Of a stretch of 64,000 nt of DNA, positions 1-8,547 are shown one piece after another; position 1 is the stretch's first letter; each line of letters begins with the position of its first letter. The notes under the pieces were generated by a model that made no database searches, was not told where the DNA came from, and saw nothing but the letters and a program-made list of their open reading frames with translations. Location: positions 11,719 to 75,718 of the forward strand of contig JAGVSJ010000005.1 of assembly GCA_019720975.1 (NCBI GenBank), written 5' to 3'. This DNA is from Candidatus Sysuiplasma superficiale (lineage in GTDB: Archaea; Thermoplasmatota; Thermoplasmata; Sysuiplasmatales; Sysuiplasmataceae). A program made the position numbers and the translations under genes.

Positions 1-546
1 CATCTTTGAAATGTCTGAGTCAAGAAGATTCACATTGAGCACAAGCATATCGGGAAGATACCAGGTCTTCTTATCCTCCTCAGTGGGCCAGCTCATAAGT
101 TCATTGCTGAACCTGTCCCTGTTCCCCCACCAGAACATATCTCCACAAAAAAGAATTCCCTTATCTCTTTTCAGCAGAACGCATGAGGATCCGGGCGTAT
201 AGCCCGGTGTGGGTATCAGGAGAACATCATCATACAGGTTCGTTTCTGATGTGAATTTGACATCAGCCTCGCATCCCTTAATCAGCTTTGCATCTTCCGC
301 ATTCATTATGATCTTTGATTTGAATATCGTCTTAATATTACACGCGTCGCCGAATGCCCTTATGTGTGTTATCACAATATTGGCAATGCCTCCCTTCTTT
401 GAAATGAAGCCCCTGTCTGCTTCATTCAGTTCCGGAGCGTCGATGAGTACATTCCCCTCAGGATGAGTTATAAAGTAACCCGAATTTCCAAAAGACTTCA
501 GCGAATAACGGTCTATAAGATAAACGCCGGGTAGAACTTCCTTCAT
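1..546 (-). CDS. MBL-fold (metallo-beta-lactamase superfamily) protein, 3' end outside window
   Basis: Absent from the ORF track because it runs off the window. Reverse translation from ATG 546-544 stays open to base 1: MKEVLPGVYLIDRYSLKSFGNSGYFITHPEGNVLIDAPE..IVITHIRAFGDA..LLIPTPGYTPGSSCVLL..LFCGDMFWW. The beta-lactamase-fold block order is recognisable, but the metal ligand motifs are eroded. Confidence 0.6.
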   Translation of the reverse strand, partial: MKEVLPGVYLIDRYSLKSFGNSGYFITHPEGNVLIDAPELNEADRGFISKKGGIANIVITHIRAFGDACNIKTIFKSKIIMNAEDAKLIKGCEADVKFTSETNLYDDVLLIPTPGYTPGSSCVLLKRDKGILFCGDMFWWGNRDRFSNELMSWPTEEDKKTWYLPDMLVLNVNLLDSDISKM

Positions 547-681
547 AAAGCAAAATAGATGCTAGCTCATTAATAATTTTATGCCATGCGCCGTCAAACG
601 GTGCAAATCGTTTTTGATGGTCACCCGGAGCCCGGCATAATTCTATAGGCGCATCATATTCTGTAAGGAGAGAAAGCCTGA

Positions 682-1323
682 ATGAACAGTATGAAACTCA
701 ACAGGTTGAGAGGTCTGCTCGAACATATATCGCAGTTGGATAAACCGGATCCTGCGCTCGAACAGTACTTCACTCCTCCAGACATAGCCGCGGGAATACT
801 GTATAACGCAGCCATGTGCGGAGACATAGAGGGACGGAAGGTCGCGGATCTCGGATGCGGGAGCGGTGTATTCTCGATAGGTGCGTGCCTTCTGGGCGCC
901 GAAAGCGTCACAGGGATAGATGTGGGACAGAACGCGGTCAGCAAGGCGAAAGAGAATGCAGAAAGGTTACTCAGCAGAGAACAACTAATGCGAATAAGTT
1001 TCCACAGGCTGAATGTGCTCGAATTCGAAGGCACCTATGACACTGTCTTCCAGAATCCGCCCTTCGGCTCTCAGACAAGAAATGCAGATATCCCATTCCT
1101 CAGGAAGGCGCTGGAGATTGGTACCACTGTCTATACAATGCATCTCAGGTCGACTGACAGGTTCATAAGGCAAAAGATAGGGGAGTTTGGGGGGAGGATA
1201 GAAGCTGCATCCGAGATAACCTATCGCATGCCAAGGACATTTCCCTTCCACACCCATGACAGGCAGATGTTCCGTCTAATCCTTTATAAGGCAGTTAACA
1301 TTAACAAGCTGCGAGATAGATGA
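682..1323 (+). CDS. Class I SAM-dependent methyltransferase, METTL5/COG2263-like (NPPF type)
   Basis: 213 aa. SAM motif I is VADLGCGSGVF and motif IV is FQNPPFG. AAGGAG lies upstream of the ATG. The stop overlaps the csl4 start (ATGA at 1320-1323). Confidence 0.8.
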   Translation: MNSMKLNRLRGLLEHISQLDKPDPALEQYFTPPDIAAGILYNAAMCGDIEGRKVADLGCGSGVFSIGACLLGAESVTGIDVGQNAVSKAKENAERLLSREQLMRISFHRLNVLEFEGTYDTVFQNPPFGSQTRNADIPFLRKALEIGTTVYTMHLRSTDRFIRQKIGEFGGRIEAASEITYRMPRTFPFHTHDRQMFRLILYKAVNINKLRDR

Positions 1324-1880
1324 AAGGTAAACTTGTCGTCCCAGGGGACGTTGTGGCCATCGTTGAGGAGTATGCTGCCGGTAAGGGCACGTATGAGGCT
1401 GACGGAAAGATCATTGCAAGCGAGACCGGAGAACTGGTTCTAGACGGGAAGAACCATGTTGCTTCAATAATACCCTTCAACCCTGTTGCAGAGCCGAAGA
1501 AGAAGGATGTTGTATATGCTACGGTCACTGATATCAGAAGCTCAATGGCAGTCTGCGAGCTCCTTTCCATCGAGGGAAAGGAGAGGGGAATAACAGGTAA
1601 CACTGACGCCACACTCCATGTATCTGCAATGTCCCCCCAGTATACGGAATCCGTAGGACAGGCGGTGCATGTTGGTGATATCATAAGGGCAGAGGTTATA
1701 CAGTCATCACCTTCAATACAGCTGAGCACAGTCAACAGCCATATGGGTGTGGTGATGGCCTACTGTTCGCGATGCCATTCGATTCTGAGGCTAAAAGACA
1801 GATCCCTTTATTGCGATGAATGCGAAAGGTTTGAAAAGAGAAAGATAGCAGACGATTACGGCTCTGCCGTTTTTCACTAA
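1320..1880 (+). CDS. csl4: Exosome complex RNA-binding protein Csl4
   Basis: 186 aa with an N-terminal domain, an S1-like core and a C-terminal zinc ribbon (CSRCHS..LYCDEC). This is the typical archaeal Csl4 layout. Confidence 0.85.
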   Translation: MKGKLVVPGDVVAIVEEYAAGKGTYEADGKIIASETGELVLDGKNHVASIIPFNPVAEPKKKDVVYATVTDIRSSMAVCELLSIEGKERGITGNTDATLHVSAMSPQYTESVGQAVHVGDIIRAEVIQSSPSIQLSTVNSHMGVVMAYCSRCHSILRLKDRSLYCDECERFEKRKIADDYGSAVFH

Positions 1881-1949
1881 TGTCGCCTCAAACGGAACAG
1901 AAAGGGTTAAAGCTTTATTGTGATAGAGTATTTCGAGGGTAAATAACAC

Positions 1950-2162
1950 ATGCCCAAGGATAAAGCACCCAGAAAGGAACGTGCACGCGGTAGAGAAGAG
2001 GAGCAGCTGAGGAAGGAAATAGATTCCCTTCGCGGCGAGATCAAGGAGATGAAGGAGATCGTCAACATGCTCCTCAACATGGTCATCGATACGGAAGATG
2101 AGGAGGAATATCCTGGGATCCAGTTTCCGGATTTTGACGAGAGATACAGTCAGAACAACTGA
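1950..2162 (+). CDS. Hypothetical small charged coiled-coil protein
   Basis: 70 aa: a K/R/E-rich heptad-like segment (EEQLRKEIDSLRGEIKEMKEIVNMLL) followed by an acidic tail. It fills the csl4-glyA gap. No family recognised. Confidence 0.45.
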   Translation: MPKDKAPRKERARGREEEQLRKEIDSLRGEIKEMKEIVNMLLNMVIDTEDEEEYPGIQFPDFDERYSQNN

Positions 2163-2171
2163 GGTTTCCGC

Positions 2172-3371
2172 TTGCCTCGGCATATCCCCGATCTTGTGAG
2201 ACAGCATGACAGCTGGCGATACACGAAATGCATAAATCTGCAGCCATCCGAAAACATACTTAGCCCTGCAGTAAGGAAAATACTCGGATCTGACATGGCA
2301 GGCAGGTACACCCTCAGAAGCAACGAATTCATTGACAACGGAGGTGCCCCCAACAGCTACGGAGGCACACGCTTCATGGACGAGGTTGAAGCAGAAGGCG
2401 CGGAGATTGCATCGCGCCTATTCGGTGCACAAACTTCGCTCAAACCCATATCAGGACATATAGCCTCCCTGCTCCTGTTCGCAAGCGTGTGCAGAAAGGG
2501 GGATACAGTGATGTCAATTTCCTCCATGGATGGCGGATATGACGGATATGGCAGCGCATTCATTCCAGATATATTCTCGCTGAAATCCATAGATTTGCCG
2601 TTTGACAGAACACGCTGGAACATTGACGCCGAGAAAGCCGCGTCCGCCATAAGGAGCAACAGACCGAGACTCGTCATACTCGGCCAGAGCTTCATACTAT
2701 TCCCATACGACGTGAAGGCGATACATGATGCGTGCAGCGATGCCGGTTCCATCCTTGCATATGATGCGTCACACGTGCTGGGACTTGTTGCAGGCGGAGT
2801 CTTCCAGAGGCCAATCCAGGAAGGATGTGACGTCCTCATTGGCAGCACACACAAGAGCTTTCCCGGACCCCAGGGGGGAATATTTGCCACAAACGATGAA
2901 GCCATCTGGAAGTCATTTCACAGAAACACGACATGGCGGATAATAGACAATGCACACTGGAACAGAATAGCTGCCCTTGCGCAGGCGATGTATGAGATGA
3001 AGAAGAATGGCAGGAATTACGCGCACAGGATACAGATGAATTCTGCTGAGCTTGGAAAGCAACTCAGCGACATAGGTCTCCGTTGCAGATTTCCCGAACT
3101 GGGATATTCGAAGTCTCATCAGCTTCATCTTGACCCCGAAAGCGTTGCAAGAACCGGGACAACATTTGGAGGCCTTAGTGCGAAACTGGAGGACAATGAT
3201 ATCATTGTGGATACCACAGGAAGGATAGGCACTTCAGAGGTCTCCAGGCTCGGAATGGGAAGGCCGGAAATGAAGAAGATAGCCTCGCTCATCGGCGAGG
3301 CGCTGCAGGGGAGAAATGTAAGGGCAAAGGCAAATAAACTCAGAAGAAGCTTTGTCATACATTACATATGA
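2172..3371 (+). CDS. glyA: Serine hydroxymethyltransferase
   Basis: 399 aa. PLP-lysine block GSTHKSFPGPQGG and N-terminal LQPSENILSP. TTG start. The stop overlaps the nob1 ATG. Confidence 0.9.
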   Translation: MPRHIPDLVRQHDSWRYTKCINLQPSENILSPAVRKILGSDMAGRYTLRSNEFIDNGGAPNSYGGTRFMDEVEAEGAEIASRLFGAQTSLKPISGHIASLLLFASVCRKGDTVMSISSMDGGYDGYGSAFIPDIFSLKSIDLPFDRTRWNIDAEKAASAIRSNRPRLVILGQSFILFPYDVKAIHDACSDAGSILAYDASHVLGLVAGGVFQRPIQEGCDVLIGSTHKSFPGPQGGIFATNDEAIWKSFHRNTTWRIIDNAHWNRIAALAQAMYEMKKNGRNYAHRIQMNSAELGKQLSDIGLRCRFPELGYSKSHQLHLDPESVARTGTTFGGLSAKLEDNDIIVDTTGRIGTSEVSRLGMGRPEMKKIASLIGEALQGRNVRAKANKLRRSFVIHYI

Positions 3372-3898
3372 CGGAAGTCAAGGGAGGAAAGGTGCTCGTC
3401 CTGGATACAAGTGCCATGTACAGCGGCACCGATTATCCGCCGGACGCTGTGCTCTACACGACGCCCGATATCGTCAGCGAGCTCCGGAGGGTTTACCGTT
3501 CCAGCAGGACTGAATTTTTCGTGGATACCAGGCTCACGGTGAAGATGCCCCGACAGAGCAGCATTGAAATGGTCAGGGAAATGGCAAAGAAAAATGGCGA
3601 TATAGCAAGGCTCTCCCCTGAGGATATAGATGTGCTCTCGCTCGCATTCGAGCTGAAGGCGACGATAGTGACGGAGGATTACTCGATACAGAACACGGCC
3701 TCCGCACTCGGAATAGAATACATTTCCCTTTACATACCTGCGATTAACGATTATGTCGAATGGAACGTCATCTGCGTTTCGTGCGGTCATGTCGCCGAAG
3801 ATGCCACACAGAAGGAATGCAGAATATGCGGCGGCAGGAACATCACAAAACGCAGAAAAAGCAGGAGTGTCAGAGATGCGAGAGAACCGGGCCGCTGA
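3368..3898 (+). CDS. nob1: Nob1-type PIN endonuclease with zinc ribbon (16S rRNA 3'-end maturation)
   Basis: 176 aa. PIN-like N-terminus (VLVLDTSAM .. IVTEDYSIQN) plus C-terminal CVSCGH..CRICGG. Confidence 0.8.
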   Translation: MTEVKGGKVLVLDTSAMYSGTDYPPDAVLYTTPDIVSELRRVYRSSRTEFFVDTRLTVKMPRQSSIEMVREMAKKNGDIARLSPEDIDVLSLAFELKATIVTEDYSIQNTASALGIEYISLYIPAINDYVEWNVICVSCGHVAEDATQKECRICGGRNITKRRKSRSVRDAREPGR

Positions 3899-3902
3899 CT
3901 CA

Positions 3903-5348
3903 TCACTTCCTCTTCCTGGACAGGAACACCGCAGCCACCGACAGCGTCACGGTAGTGAAGGCAAGGAAGCCGGCGCTGTCATAAACAGGAATGTATGCCC
4001 TGTCCGTCCTTACATAAGGCGTTTCATGCATTTGGCTGAGGTTCAGAGATGAACTGCCCTCCCTTGCATAGGGAAGTGATTCAAGGGGAAACTGCGGGAC
4101 CATTGGATAGTCGTTTTCAAGTGAGGCAGTAGGAAGAGACCGGAGGCTGAAATGGAGGGAGGAGGGCATCTGAATTCCAGGGAAGGACAGATTTAACGGC
4201 GGCCTCGGCTTTATGCCGGGAACAGATGTAAATGTGAACATATCAATCGGAATGTCTGAGAGGGCCACAAAAGTGTTCAGAGGCGGCATCATCCAGTTGT
4301 AATCAATGAATGCAAGCAGGGATGCGTGGTTCATGACGGTGGATGATACATAATCCTCCTTGGCGTAGGGGGAAACAAGGATGAGCGGTACCCTGAAGCC
4401 AAGCTGTTCCCCCTCAATCCTGGGCGGCGGAATGCTGTCATAGAAGCCTCCTCCTTCGTCATAATTGATGAAAACTGCCGTACTGTTCCACAGCGGACTG
4501 TTCATTATGCTGTGCAGTATGAAGAGTAGCCAGAGTTCGCCTGCAAGCATGTTATCAGACGGGTGCTGACTGAAACCGCTGACTCCGATGCCTATAGGCA
4601 TCAGATAACTCACCGCCGGAAGTGTGCCATTGCGCACCTCGCTGGAAAAGGTGCTCCAGCTGCGAAGGTGGGACTGAAGCGAAGGTATGCCGCTGACGTA
4701 GTCAAGGACAATGGAACCCATCGAAGGGCTGTACACATAGTATGCCCATGAGACACCGTACGAGTCGAGTTCGGAGAATATGGTCTCGGAATATGGGATG
4801 TAAGGGGGTGGCCCGTAGTCATTCATGATAGGGGAAAAGCCGGCGATCTCGTACAGTCTGTTTGGCATCGTGGCGGTAAGCGCGCTTGAGAAGTACATGT
4901 CGGCGATGGCGTACTGTTCGGCAATATCCCATTCTATGGCAAGCTGGGAAGGAGTGTAATAAGTCATGGACTGTTTACCGGAATTTGACGCAAATCCGTT
5001 CATCTTTCCCCCGTTCCAGTCGAGATGATATGCAGTATACCCCTCAACGGGGTCTGGTGTGGCGAAAGTGCCTGAAGGGACAGCAGTGAGTCCGGTCGAA
5101 TGATTTGATGACAGCAGATCCGCCGGCACAGACATTTCGGATGTCAGGTTGCCGTAAAGCGGATTGCCGCCCTCCGGGTAATAGCCGAATATGTTGTCAA
5201 AACTGTGGTTCTCCATGGTGATTATGACAACATGTTTTATGGGCGTCCTGGTTGGGCCGGATGAGGCAGCTGCCGGTGCTGCCGCATATGCCGGAAGCAG
5301 AAGAAGCACCACTGCAATCACAGAAATCAAGGGGTGAAGCGAGGACAT
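3903..5348 (-). CDS. Secreted, C-terminally membrane-anchored phosphoesterase-family protein (phospholipase C / acid phosphatase family)
   Basis: Start set at the internal ATG 5348, which has GGAAGGTGA upstream and gives the signal peptide MSSLHPLISVIAVVLLLLPAYAAAP. Family motif VVIITMENHSFDNIFGYYP. C-terminal TM plus RKRK. The 5' part of the 674-aa track ORF overlaps a better membrane-protein frame. Confidence 0.8.
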   Translation of the reverse strand: MSSLHPLISVIAVVLLLLPAYAAAPAAASSGPTRTPIKHVVIITMENHSFDNIFGYYPEGGNPLYGNLTSEMSVPADLLSSNHSTGLTAVPSGTFATPDPVEGYTAYHLDWNGGKMNGFASNSGKQSMTYYTPSQLAIEWDIAEQYAIADMYFSSALTATMPNRLYEIAGFSPIMNDYGPPPYIPYSETIFSELDSYGVSWAYYVYSPSMGSIVLDYVSGIPSLQSHLRSWSTFSSEVRNGTLPAVSYLMPIGIGVSGFSQHPSDNMLAGELWLLFILHSIMNSPLWNSTAVFINYDEGGGFYDSIPPPRIEGEQLGFRVPLILVSPYAKEDYVSSTVMNHASLLAFIDYNWMMPPLNTFVALSDIPIDMFTFTSVPGIKPRPPLNLSFPGIQMPSSLHFSLRSLPTASLENDYPMVPQFPLESLPYAREGSSSLNLSQMHETPYVRTDRAYIPVYDSAGFLAFTTVTLSVAAVFLSRKRK

Positions 5349-5407
5349 ACGGCTCACCTTCCTTTGACAGGGCGGCAATGAAGGAGATGAAGACGTTCCT
5401 TCATTGT

Positions 5408-5974
5408 CTACGCCGCCCCCGTACTGCCGGCCGGCCTCGACTGCATCTTCCATAAAAACAGGAATGCGAAAGAGAGCAGAGTTGATGCGATGATAATCAG
5501 AGGCATGAACCTGTAGAATAGCGCTATGTAGAACGAAAGAAGGACAGTGGTCATCAGAAGTGATTCCGTACCGAGCAGAAGTACAGTGGAGGGGATTCTG
5601 CGGGAGCTGTATACAGTCCCGCGACAGACCGATGCAGTCAGCAGGTTTCCCGACATGCAGAGTAGGGAGAAGAGCAGGGCTGAGCCGTTTGTGACTATCA
5701 TGTCGTAATGTACCGGCTCGTAGACGGCAGCAAACATCATGAGACACAGAACTCCAGAATAGAGCGCACCCTTCAGTCCGCCGAAATAACGTAGCGTGGA
5801 GAGCGAAGAAAAAAGGAATGAACCGAGAATCAGTCCTCCTATGACGTAGGGTATGGTTTCGGCCGTCCCTACCGAATCCATCAGACCGCTCAGATAGAGG
5901 AAGGAGGTCGCGATGACAGCGCTCCACAGGCTGTAAAACAAAGTATATGAGATACCTGCTGCTCTGCGGTGCAT
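5408..5974 (-). CDS. Hypothetical polytopic membrane protein (about 6 TM)
   Basis: 188 aa with alternating hydrophobic helices. It ends 59 nt upstream of the phosphoesterase start on the same strand. Confidence 0.6.
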   Translation of the reverse strand: MHRRAAGISYTLFYSLWSAVIATSFLYLSGLMDSVGTAETIPYVIGGLILGSFLFSSLSTLRYFGGLKGALYSGVLCLMMFAAVYEPVHYDMIVTNGSALLFSLLCMSGNLLTASVCRGTVYSSRRIPSTVLLLGTESLLMTTVLLSFYIALFYRFMPLIIIASTLLSFAFLFLWKMQSRPAGSTGAA

Positions 5975-6080
5975 TGTGAAGCGCCTGACCTCTTTTTCAT
6001 TATATTTTCTTTATTGCTAACAACTATATTTGTAACAACAAATTTTGTAGTAATGTGTTTATATCCATTGGGATTAGGAG

Positions 6081-6782
6081 ATGCCGGTTATGATGACACT
6101 GAACAGGATGGATGAAACCATCAGCGATGCGCTGAATGAACTGAAAAACGGAAGGATCATACTTCTGCATGATTCGTCCTCGCGCGAGAACGAGACGGAC
6201 ATGGTTGCGTTTGCCGGTTCATGCTCGCCGGAGACAATTTCGTGCATGAGAGAGACGGCAGGGGGACTCATATGTGCAGCCATAGGGAATGAGGTCGCAG
6301 CGAACCTCGGACTTCCGTACATGCATGACATACTTGAAGTCGCCTCATCCAGATACAGTGGACTGCTGTCAATGATAGAGAGAAGGACACCATACGGCGG
6401 CAGACCCGCATTCTCCATTTCTGTCAATCACAGGAATTCATTCACAGGCATAAGCGACATTGAACGAAGCGAGACGATAAGGGAGCTTGGCAGGATTGCC
6501 GGGATTGTCAAATCCGGTGACGATGCGTCGGATGCGTTCTATTCATCATTCAGGTCACCGGGCCACGTCCCCATACTGATAGAGGCAAGAGAGTCGCTCA
6601 GCGAAAGGCGGGGGCACACGGAACTTTCCATAAGACTCGCAAAACTGGCAGGCCTTCCGCCGGCGACGGTCGTTTGCGAGATGCTCGACGGCAGGACACA
6701 CAGGCCGTTGACAGCCGGGGAAGCAAGAAAGATTGCCAGGGCTGAAAATCTCTCCTTTGTTGAGGGAGAACTCATCCGGTGA
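6081..6782 (+). CDS. ribB: 3,4-dihydroxy-2-butanone 4-phosphate synthase
   Basis: 233 aa. Blocks LLHDSSSRENETDMV, GGLICAAI and RGHTELSIRLAKLAG. The start could instead be ATG 6090/6093 (leaderless). Confidence 0.9.
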   Translation: MPVMMTLNRMDETISDALNELKNGRIILLHDSSSRENETDMVAFAGSCSPETISCMRETAGGLICAAIGNEVAANLGLPYMHDILEVASSRYSGLLSMIERRTPYGGRPAFSISVNHRNSFTGISDIERSETIRELGRIAGIVKSGDDASDAFYSSFRSPGHVPILIEARESLSERRGHTELSIRLAKLAGLPPATVVCEMLDGRTHRPLTAGEARKIARAENLSFVEGELIR

Positions 6783-7247
6783 GTGCATTACATGCCTGGA
6801 AGGACAAAGGCACGCGCGGCCATTGTTTGCTCTGAATTCAATGAGGAGATAACATCGAGAATGTTCTCCAGGGCGACAGAGCGATGCAGGGAGAATGGAA
6901 TGGCGGTCACAGCAACATGCATTGTTCCGGGGGCTTTTGACATACCGCTTTTCCTTGACCTGCTTTTATCGAGACGGGATGTTGACTGCGCAATTACGCT
7001 GGGGGCCATAGTGAAGGGCGACACAGACCACGACAGTGTCATAGCCAGAGAGGTTGCGTCCTCGGTGGTCGGATTGTCGCTGAAGCACGGCAAGCCAGTG
7101 GCTCTCGGAATCTCCGGTCCCGGCATGACGTGGGAGCAGGCATCCGATCGGGCCGAGGAATATGCTGTCAGAGCCGCTGATGCTGCCATGAAGATGACGC
7201 TTACGCTGAGGAAGATGCGGCGCGCCCGCAGACGCAATGCCGAATAG
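6783..7247 (+). CDS. ribH: 6,7-dimethyl-8-ribityllumazine synthase
   Basis: 154 aa. Blocks VPGAFDIP and LGAIVKGDTDHDSVIA. The GTG 6783 start abuts the ribB stop (alternative ATG 6792). Confidence 0.9.
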   Translation: MHYMPGRTKARAAIVCSEFNEEITSRMFSRATERCRENGMAVTATCIVPGAFDIPLFLDLLLSRRDVDCAITLGAIVKGDTDHDSVIAREVASSVVGLSLKHGKPVALGISGPGMTWEQASDRAEEYAVRAADAAMKMTLTLRKMRRARRRNAE

Positions 7248-7258
7248 GGTGGTTCCGG

Positions 7259-8545
7259 TTGTTGCACTCCAGCGCCGACACATCCGGCAATGTGATAATA
7301 AGGAATGCGTCAGTCCTTCAAGGTCCGGAATTTGAGTTGAGGAAGAAAATGAACATACTGATCGCCGGCGGAATTATAGCTGACATTGGAGAGAATGAGA
7401 CAGCTGCATACAGGAGAAGGTACGACGGCCTGATCACCATTGACGGAAAGGGGATGCTTGCGATTCCGGGTTTTGTGAACGCACATGTCCATCTCAATGA
7501 TGCCCCGCTGAAGGATGCCGGCGCAGGGATGACTCTGGAAGAGCTTGTCCATCCTGTTACAGGCCTCAAGCGCACCGGTTTGAGCAGACTTGGCAGAGAG
7601 GAGAGGAGGGAGGCCATGAGAAGTGCGGTTGCAGAAATGATCCGCTCCGGAATTACAGACGCAATCGATTTCCATGAAGAGGATTACGGCATAATTGGCG
7701 AGATTTCTTCAGACAATCCACAGTCGTCAATACTGACAGTGCTGGGAAGACCTCAGAGATACTTCACTGAACAGGAGGTGGAGGGCAACGTGCCGCTCAA
7801 CGCAAGAGAATTGTCAGAATTCGCGGAAAGGATTGCACCGTTTGACGGTACCGGGTTGAGCGGGGTGAACGAGTACAGCGACAGCTCAATGGAGCAGATC
7901 AGGCAGTTAAGCGGGAAAAGAATCAGTGCGATACATGCCGCGGAGAGCGTGGCATCGCAGAGCAAATCGATAAAGATGACAGGAAAGACTGAGGTTTTCA
8001 GGGCTGTGAGAAGTTTCAGGCCCGACTTCGTTGTGCATATGACAAACGCAACAGATGACGACATAATGCTTGTAAAGGATGCCGGATGCAGTGCCGTATT
8101 ATGCCCACGGTCCAATTCCATCCTTGGCGTTGGTGTTCCGCCTGTCGAAAAAATGATGCAGGCCGGAATAAATATTGCTCTGGGGACGGACAACATCATG
8201 CTCAATTCCCCTGACATGTTCAGGGAAATGGATTTCATCTCCCGCATCTGCAATGTCAGGGCAGGACGTGCCGGTGTCCTGAAAGACATTGATGCATTGA
8301 GAATGGCGACACTCAACGGCGCAAAACTTGCAAGAAGGAAGGGTGCTGCTGAGTCGGGAAGCATCGTTGTTGGATTCGCAGGGGATATTGTGATGCTCGA
8401 CATGACCACAGAAAGGATGCTGGGAACAAAAAATCCCGTGTCCTCCGTGGTTCACAGAGCAGGCATTGATGAGGTTGTCTGCACGATCAAGTCAGGCAGG
8501 GTCGTCTTTGCCGGAAGTAGAACTGGAACACCCGGGGTGCGATAG
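7259..8545 (+). CDS. Amidohydrolase-superfamily deaminase-like protein (COG0402 / MtaD-SsnA-guanine deaminase branch)
   Basis: 428 aa with a complete signature: IPGFVNAHVHL (HxH), ISAIHAAES (HxxE), FVVHMT, LCPRSN, ALGTDN. It lies 11 nt after ribH and 2 nt before ribE. Confidence 0.85.
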   Translation: MLHSSADTSGNVIIRNASVLQGPEFELRKKMNILIAGGIIADIGENETAAYRRRYDGLITIDGKGMLAIPGFVNAHVHLNDAPLKDAGAGMTLEELVHPVTGLKRTGLSRLGREERREAMRSAVAEMIRSGITDAIDFHEEDYGIIGEISSDNPQSSILTVLGRPQRYFTEQEVEGNVPLNARELSEFAERIAPFDGTGLSGVNEYSDSSMEQIRQLSGKRISAIHAAESVASQSKSIKMTGKTEVFRAVRSFRPDFVVHMTNATDDDIMLVKDAGCSAVLCPRSNSILGVGVPPVEKMMQAGINIALGTDNIMLNSPDMFREMDFISRICNVRAGRAGVLKDIDALRMATLNGAKLARRKGAAESGSIVVGFAGDIVMLDMTTERMLGTKNPVSSVVHRAGIDEVVCTIKSGRVVFAGSRTGTPGVR

Positions 8546-8547
8546 TC

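Noticed and set aside
5349-5927. The 5' extension of the 674-aa track ORF (3903-5927), which would give a much larger phosphoesterase.
   Set aside because: The extension (MERCHRDLLPLSERSDGFGRDG..) is R/H/C-rich and non-protein-like. It overlaps a far better membrane-protein frame (5408-5974). The internal ATG 5348 has an SD and yields a textbook signal peptide.
5975-6080. FMN riboswitch upstream of ribB.
   Set aside because: The region is only ~105 nt and almost pure A/T promoter-like sequence. It has none of the GC-rich conserved FMN-element helices.
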